Made by a program: the position numbers and the translations under genes. Shown piece by piece: positions 55,365-64,000 of a DNA stretch of 64,000 bases. How positions within the stretch are numbered: position 1 is the first letter of the stretch; each line of letters opens with the position of its first letter. A model generated the notes under the pieces. It made no database searches. It was given only the letters and a program-made list of their open reading frames with translations, and was not told where the DNA came from. This stretch comes from Octopus vulgaris (Eukaryota), in NCBI GenBank assembly GCA_951406725.2, contig OX597821.1, forward strand, positions 74,834,001 through 74,898,000, read 5' to 3'.

Positions 55365-55654
55365 TTATTAGTTAAGGACAACTATTTGCCTATAAATTCA
55401 AGTTTCATACGAGCGAAGTCCGTCTGGCGCGTATCGCCACCGACATCAAACATGAACAATGAATTTGTATTTAAATCTTCTCTATTCTTTTTTTCGAAAT
55501 ATATTTATCCGACATTCGTTTAAAGTACATTATTGATTACCCTGTTGTTCTAAAAAAAAACAAACAAAAACATTTAGCAGTTATTAAAATGTCTTGTATA
55601 CACATACACGCACACATATATGTATATATGCATACATACATATATAAACTTGTA

Positions 55655-55970
55655 TTCCGTCGCTTACGACGACATGGGTTTCAGTTGATTGAATCAAAGG
55701 AACAAACTATTTGGGAAATTAACGTTCAAGTGGCTGAGTACTCCACAGACATGCGTGCCTTTAACGAAGTTCTCAGGGAGTATGAGCATGATAGAGAATG
55801 CTTCAAAGCTGGCCCCCCTGTGAATTACAGGTACAACTCAGCTTTACCAGCTGAGTGGACTGAAACAACGTACAATAAAGTGTATTGCTCACTGATATAA
55901 CGCACCGCCAGGAATTGAACTCGCGGACATATGATTGTGAGCCAGGTACCACAACTACTAAGCCACGCTT
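55655..55970 (-). mobile_element. Diverged SINE related to family C
   Basis: tccgtcgcttacgacgac...gtggctgagtactccacagacatgcgtgcctttaacgaagttctc shared with the family C tail; tRNA-like head at about 55905-55970. Confidence 0.75.
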
Positions 55971-56215
55971 CACTACAAACACACTCATACACACATACAC
56001 ACACACACAAACACAAACACACATACACATATTCATGTGTGGCTGTGTGGTAAGAAGGTTGCTTCCAAACCACATAATTCCGGGCTCAGCCGCGCTGCGT
56101 GGCACATTGGGTAGGTGTTTTCTTGTGAGTGAATATGGTAGACGGAAAATGAAAGAAACCTGTCGTATATATATATTTCCCTGTAAATTTGGATTTATTC
56201 CCTAATATTTATTAT

Positions 56216-56265
<50 letters not shown>

Positions 56266-56352
56266 ATAATAAATATTAGGGAATAAATCCAAATTTACAG
56301 GAAAAATCAGATTTAGGATTGAATCCAATTTTATAGTAAAATATTATATAAT

Positions 56353-56578
56353 ATTAATTAGAGACAAAACCACTACTTTGCAAATCAAACAAGGAAAGAC
56401 TTAATCAATACATAAAAAATTTTAATATAAAGTAAATAAATCGCCACTACAATTGTTTCCTGTCTTCAAATGACAGGAAACAATTGTAGTGGCGATTTAT
56501 TTACTTTATATTAAAATTTTTTTATGTAATGATTAAGTCTTTCCTTGTTTGATTTGCAAAGTAGTGGTTTTGTCTCTA

Positions 56579-56584
<6 letters not shown>
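56353..56584. repeat. About 112-bp-arm near-perfect palindrome centred on a hammerhead helix II
   Basis: Arms 56353-56464 and 56472-56584 with about 2 differences; centre ctgtc-ttcaaat-gacag-GAAAC-AATT-GTA-gtgg. Confidence 0.95.
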
Positions 56585-56644
<60 letters not shown>

Positions 56645-56645
56645 A

Positions 56646-57040
56646 TAGAGCCAGGGAGAAGAGTAGTTAAAAAAGTCCATGCATGTTGAATGGCCGTTAT
56701 TTTTAACTAGAAGAAGGGCATTTGCCCTTGGTACGAAAATGATGTAAGGCCAGCCTGATAAATGAAATGTGTCTTATGGTCGGTGTGGTTAAATACAAAG
56801 CTAGTTTCACGTTTAAGGAACAAACTAAATAAATCAATTTTTAAAAAAATCAATTTAATCTAAATAAGTATATACTGTGATCTTCAGTTGTATTAACCTG
56901 GCTGACCTTAGCACATGCTTCATTTATCTCGCTCGCCTTACATCATTTTCGTACCAAGGACAAATGCTCTTCTACTTAAAAACAACGGCCATTCAACACG
57001 CATAGAATTTGGTTTTTAACTGCTCCTTCCTCCCTCTCTA
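56646..57040. mobile_element. Long-TIR MITE inserted in (TA)n
   Basis: About 150-bp imperfect TIRs (tgttgaatggccgtt...cttggtacgaaaatgatgtaaggc and its reverse complement); TA|GAG...CTC|TA termini. Confidence 0.85.
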
Positions 57041-57044
57041 TATA

Positions 57045-57099
<55 letters not shown>

Positions 57100-57200
57100 C
57101 ACACACACACAATTTGCCACTATCGGCCCAGCGTCAGATAAGAAGCGTGTTCAAATATGAACGAAGAAGCATAACTTCTATCTGTTTTACTATTTTAAAA

Positions 57201-57257
<57 letters not shown>

Positions 57258-57882
57258 AAATATATATACGTGTGTCTGTTTGCCACCCCCCCCACCCCGC
57301 CATCGTTTGACAACCAATATTGGTGAGTTTAAGTCCTTGAAACATAGGGGTTCAGCAAGAGAGACCGATAGAATAAGTACTAGGCTTACAAAGAATAAGT
57401 CCTGACGTCGATTCGTTCGTCTTCAGACGGTGCTCCCGTATGGCCGCAGTCAAATGACTGAAACAAATAACAGAATAAAATAATAAAAGAAAAAATGAAT
57501 ACATACAAACATGTAACTGTTAGATAAGTGTTGTGTGTGCGTGTGTGTGTTTGTGCGTGTGTGTATGTATTGTAGTGTCTATGCGCTTCTGCGCTTCAGG
57601 GCTTTTGTGCATGCGCGTGAGTATGTTTTCATATCAGCTGCACACTTGTTAGAATGTGATGTCCTACACAAATAATATATCTTAAGTCCTATAAATACTC
57701 CTGTGACTTTTTCTTGAAAACACACTTGAATTATCTCGTATTTAACCTTTCGGAAATTGATTTTTTTATGTCCTAAAACAGATTCAGTCACAACTCAACC
57801 GATTTGCTCAACATCTGCCGTCTACACTTCCGGGCAAAAAGAAAAAAAAACAAAACAAAAAACAATACACAATTTCTATACA

Positions 57883-57970
<88 letters not shown>

Positions 57971-58102
57971 TGCATGCATACGTACATGGATGTATGCATA
58001 CATCTATATGTATATGTATATATGTATACACACACACGCACATACGCCTACATTTGCACCTCTATCTCTATCTCACACTATGTATATATATGAGTATGTA
58101 TT

Positions 58103-58161
<59 letters not shown>

Positions 58162-58174
58162 TAACATTTATTTA

Positions 58175-58622
58175 CCCATAATTTATAGGGCAGTAAGAAG
58201 ATGGAGGGGATCAAGAGGTCGTATTCATCAACTTTTAGACATTATACTATGTCTATTTGTTTATTTAAAAAAAATACAATTATAATAATATATATACATG
58301 TATAACAGATTATGCTTAGCATATATAAAAATACCAGTAATTATTAAATATATTTTAAAATAGTAAAACAGAGAGAAGTCATAAATATATGCTGTAAGAA
58401 ACTAGTCTACTTTCTATTTTTTACGGTGTATATTTTAATAATTATTAGTATTTTTATATTTTTATATATTATATATGTAAAGCATAATATGTTGTACATG
58501 TATGTATATTATTATAATTGTTTTTTTTTTTAATATGTAAATTGACATAATATAATGTCTATAAGTTGATGAATACCACCTCTTGATCCCCTCCATTTCC
58601 TTACTGGCGTATAAATTAAGTG
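58175..58622. mobile_element. Fold-back MITE, possibly piggyBac-type
   Basis: About 190-bp imperfect TIRs (atggaggggatcaagagg..tattcatcaactt and its reverse complement). Ends ttta|cccataatt ... aattaagtg|taaa resemble TTAA|CCC..GGG|TTAA. Confidence 0.8.
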
Positions 58623-59454
58623 TAAAACAACTTTTTACCCTCATCCATTTATTACACTCGGTAATGTAATTGCCATGCAATAATAAACACCTGTGTATTA
58701 ATAATTGGGTTTTCTACCAGCAGCATATTGGATAGATATTATCCCTTAGTTATTTGGATTCACAACCTCTAACTCTCTTTTAGAATTATATATATATATG
58801 TGTGTGTGTGTATGTATATGCATATGTGTGTGTGTGTGTGTGTGTGTAAATTTATATAAATATGGATAAGATCGTTATTTGAAATACCGATCATATCAAG
58901 TGGCCAGCCTGGAAATAAAAACCTTATTGGTAATAATTATTATTGGAATTATAATTAAGCTAAGGATATCTAAAATATACCACAAAACTTGACTTAGAAA
59001 CCACATCAAATATCGGATAATTCCAGATCTAGAAATCCACACCTGGAATCATCCAATAAATCTTTTGCTAGTTTATTTTGTCTCTTTGTCTTTTCTCCTG
59101 GTGCTGTATGAATATCTCATGAGGTTTAAGAGTCAAGTTTTGACTGCTATCTCTAGCATGGTGGTATCTTTTAGATACCCTTAATTATAATTTTATATAT
59201 GTGTATGTGCGTGTGTGTGTGTGTGTAAATATATGAGTATATGTATATGTATAGATATACTACATAGATATATGTGTGTCTGCGTATATATATACATATG
59301 TGCACGAGCAAATAGACACACACACACATATAAATATGAAGTTAGAAGAGGACCATGGAATAACATTCTTATTCTTTTGACTTTTAATTTCTTATTCTTA
59401 CTCTGCACTCGACTGACGCATTATTCTGAAGCAAATATATATTAATTTGTGGGG

Positions 59455-60335
<881 letters not shown>

Positions 60336-61289
60336 GATGTGTGTGTATGTGTGAGTGTGTGCGTGTGCGTGTGTGTATGTGTGTGTGTGAGGCGAGATAA
60401 AAAAACAAAAAATATATGTATGTGTTAGTGTGTGCGTCTGTGTGTAGGCGTGTGAGGTAGGGCGAGACGGTGGTCAGCATAGCAGCAGCATAGCAGACAA
60501 AGGTCAGTAGTAAGAAAAGGAAGGAAGGAGGAAGGGAGGGAGGGGAAGGGGTGGGGGCGTATGTAGCGTGTTGAGTAGTAGTGTGTGTGTGTGTCCAGTG
60601 TCGTGGTAGTATTAATGGCGAGTAGATTGAATGTGTGTAAGAGTAATGTATATATTTAAGCAATGTGTGTATATGTGTGCGCGTGTGTGTAACGAAAAAG
60701 GGGGGTTAAGGAAAAGGACTCCAGCTGAGGGGAAGATGGAAGAGTGGTCCCGCAGAGACGGGCGTGGGAAAACCCAACGACAAGCGACGATCCCAGGAAC
60801 GGGCGGGAGGTCTCGTCGGGTCCAAGGGCGAGGTGCATGCGGCGCGTATGCGTGCGCGAACCGGCGCAAGCGCGTGTGTGCGCGCGCCTGCGAGTGTGCG
60901 CGTAAGTATGTGTGTGTGTGGATGTGTGAGTGTGTCTGTGTGTGTCTGGGTGGCAGTGTGTCCGATGAATGTATGTGAGTATGTGTGTATATATGTGTGT
61001 GCATAGATGTATGTCCGTGTGTGTGTGTGTGTGTGTATGTGTATGAGTGTGTATGTATGTATGTGTGGGTGTGGGGAAGTGTGTGTATGTGCATGTGTGT
61101 GCGCGAACATACAGGTGTGTGAGTGAGTGAGTGTGTGTGTATGTATGTGTGAGTGTGTATGTATGTGTGTGTAGGATGCATGTATGTGTATGGGTGTATG
61201 TATGCGTGTGTGTATGTATGTATGTGTACGTGCGTGTGTGTGTGTGTATGCGTGTAGGTGTGCGCGTGTGCATGCATGCCTGCATGTGC

Positions 61290-61377
<88 letters not shown>

Positions 61378-61409
61378 TACATATATAGAGTGTATTCAAT
61401 TACTCCGTT

Positions 61410-61540
61410 CCTGATACGTGATTATCGTTTGATGTTATTCCGTTCCCGAAAGGTAGAAAATAATACCGAGCTAGGCGCGATTTGAACGCAGAACGTAAAA
61501 GGACGTAACTACATACTAAAAAAAAAGTAACTCTACGCGG
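61410..61540 (-). mobile_element. Diverged SINE family A fragment
   Basis: cccgaaaggtagaaaa...gatttgaacgcagaacgtaaa. Confidence 0.6.
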
Positions 61541-62910
61541 CCCTTTAACTATTTTGCAAATACTCCTCTATTCGTCTTTTTGCCTAATTTTTCTAAAACT
61601 GTTGGTGAGCCACAGAGATTAAGAAATTAAAGAGTCTGTATCGTAGACTGAAAATTTAATAATGATTTAATATTTAGAGGAAGACGTATTAGTACATTGT
61701 TTCAACCGAGCAAATAGTCAAAGCATTTTATACACTTCCTATATTGAAAAAAATCTGGCCGAATTAGATAGAATCAACACCATGTAGTTGTTTCTATCTT
61801 AGATACTATAAGTAATAGAATGGTTTCAGTTTCCTAGCATCAGCTAAACAACTTGCCAAAAAGTGAAGTTGTGTTGCGTCTTCGTTTCGCCTGAATTTTT
61901 TTTATATCTTCATAGTATATTTTAGTTTTCTTGCAATTAGAACCACAAACACCAATCTTATAGACACGTATTTTGCATACATTGTCGTTTATATTCTCAC
62001 GGTTCATTTAACCCGATAAATGCCATCGTAAAAGTGATAGAGATTTCTATGTTACAGAGAACACAAAACAGGAATTTTAATACGGTAAACCTTCAAAGCA
62101 ACCACTGAAACGGACTTTAGCTGCTGTGGTCACGTAGAGGATATCGTCTTTAATAATAATTGTCGTGAAACGGTATACAGTTTCATTTGGCATTGAATCT
62201 TTCTGTTAAAGACGTCCAAAAGAAAATCAAAACATAAGATGCACAACGTTCTTTTACATATATATATTTTTTTAATTGTATCAATGGCTGTGTTTTATTA
62301 CCATCTTAACTGTCCGCCTCTTGTAAAGAAAATGTTACTCTATGGCTTGGTGCTACGAGCTGTTCTACTGATGTGAGGAATTTTTTCTTTGTTTATTTTT
62401 CTTCTTCTCCCGACTTTATTCTTCTTACTGTTTTCTAACATTTTTCTTTCCGTTTGTAGTTTCATCGAAGAAATAAAATCGACTACAAAGAAGAGAAGAG
62501 AGAAACATCTCGAATAAGACATAATTGTGTTACCTGCTTTCGCAAACTGATTCGATTTTTTTTTCTTTCTGTTTTTTTTTTTCAACAAATACGGAAATAG
62601 TAAATTCAAGTATCAGTTTGGTCTTGGCTAAAAGAAATTGTAATAAGCTTCTATAATTATCGACATCTTCCGATAGATCAAAGGGTTTTCCTGCAGAGAT
62701 ATTTCACTTGCTTCCCTGGAAGAATTATGGGTAGAGAAAAAAATACAACAGTAAAGCGTATAAATGTTAGAAAAAGTAGCCACACGTCTGAGAGTTATGA
62801 AACGATCGTATCAAGTTCCGAACTTGAGACAAGAATAATAGGGATATATCTTTGAAAGGACCAAACATTCGAAGTACTTAACACATCGCACGATATGGGA
62901 TGCATGGATA

Positions 62911-63389
62911 AGTCATAAAACCATGGGTCTTTGGAGGTAGGAGAATGCTTTAAACTTCTTCTCGTATATCCAGAATATATAATCTCTACATTTAGTAAGT
63001 AAGGAACCATTTCCTCAATTATACGCTGCCTATTCTCTATACCGAAGTGAATTATACGTTCTTTTGTTGATACTGTTTATCCCAAGTCAGTTTTTATTGG
63101 ACTGGTCTAAGATCAAAGAAATTCCAGATATGGCCATCCTATCTTCACTTTGATTTGTCATGAATAGCATATATGAATTGCGCCCTTTAAGATGATCGAC
63201 TTTGGATCGAGAATTATTGGACTGCTATTTCTAGCAGATCGACTCACCATGTACATGCACCTTAGCTGGTTTTCGCACAGCATGGTTGTTCATGCATTAA
63301 AACCGACCAGACTGCTGAGTGCTCAATGTCAGTCATAAAACCATGGGCCTTTAGAGGTAGGTGAACGCTTTGAGCTTCTTGTATATCCA
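62911..63389 (+). repeat. About 60-bp imperfect direct repeat pair (62911-62971, 63331-63389)
   Basis: agtcataaaaccatggg(t/c)cttt(g/a)gaggtagg...cttct..gtatatcca occurs twice. Confidence 0.85.
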
Positions 63390-63624
63390 CAAACATTGCA
63401 CAGTGACGGTATGATGTTATAAACTGTTAGAGTTTCGGGTGGTGTCGAGGCCTTGGTATGTTATGAAAGAAGTTACCTTAGAGAGGGAAATACTGAAGAA
63501 GGGAAGACGGTTGAGTGGTATGTGCTGCGAAGGGACTTCTTGCAAATGGTGTAGTTTTGTTTTATATGATGTTGTTTGTTGAGGTGTATTATAGAAAGAT
63601 GGTTAGATTGACAGATAATCACAG

Positions 63625-63843
63625 GGATAGAGAAGTAGAAAGAAAGAGAGGGAGAGAGAGGAAGAGAAAGGGTGAGAAAGAGGGAGAAATGCATACAAAC
63701 AAACAGCAAGATGAGTGACACGAGAGGAGAAAGAGGGGGGAATGAAAGAGAGAGAAAGAGAGTTAGGTAAAGACAGAGAGAGAAAAGAGAGAGACAGACA
63801 GGTAGGTAGAGATGCATACAGAGAAAGAGCGAGATGAGAGACT

Positions 63844-63884
<41 letters not shown>

Positions 63885-63932
63885 TTCAAGTTTAATGAAA
63901 TAACGATGATGATGAGCATGATGATAGTAATG

Positions 63933-64000
<68 letters not shown>
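63625..64000. repeat. (GA)n-rich tract and terminal (TAA)n
   Basis: Direct inspection. Confidence 0.95.

Larger units (their letters stand above)
56035..57480 (+). mobile_element. SINE family B split by about 1.1 kb of nested insertions (head 56035-56170, tail 57270-57480)
   Basis: Collinear halves compared with the intact copy at 37537-37970. Confidence 0.8.

Noticed and set aside
60750-60830. HDV or hammerhead fold in the GC-rich island
   Set aside because: I could not assemble the required pairings or a GAAA box by eye.
62785-62815. CTGAGAG..GAAACGATCGTA hammerhead-like string
   Set aside because: No helix II or helix I can be formed.

Overview
Eukaryotic, repeat-saturated, AT-rich non-coding DNA. 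It is most consistent with an octopus (coleoid cephalopod) genome; this is inferred from the microsatellite load and the SINE families, not from a database search. I find no intact protein-coding gene. Almost all ORFs in the track are translations of microsatellites ((TA)n, (TATC)n, (TATG)n, (TTA)n, (GAA)n, (ACC)n, (CA)n, (GA)n). The real content is as follows. (i) At least four tRNA-derived SINE families (called A-D here), often in tandem or nested. (ii) Decayed autonomous elements: two R4/Dong-like RT remnants, a HERO-like RT remnant, a CR1/Crack-like RT remnant, an L1/Tx1-like APE endonuclease remnant and a mariner transposase remnant. (iii) Several MITEs, including a hAT-like element with an 8-bp TSD and three long-TIR fold-back elements. 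(iv) The most interesting signal: short non-coding elements, mostly in or beside (TA)n tracts, that carry minimal type I hammerhead-ribozyme motifs with palindromic helix III, the kind known from Penelope-like elements and retrozymes. One copy has a near-intact core (20501-20590, minus strand). Another has been turned into a ~230-bp palindrome by fold-back exactly at helix II (56353-56584). The internal microsatellite of SINE family B repeatedly acts as a landing pad for these and other elements.
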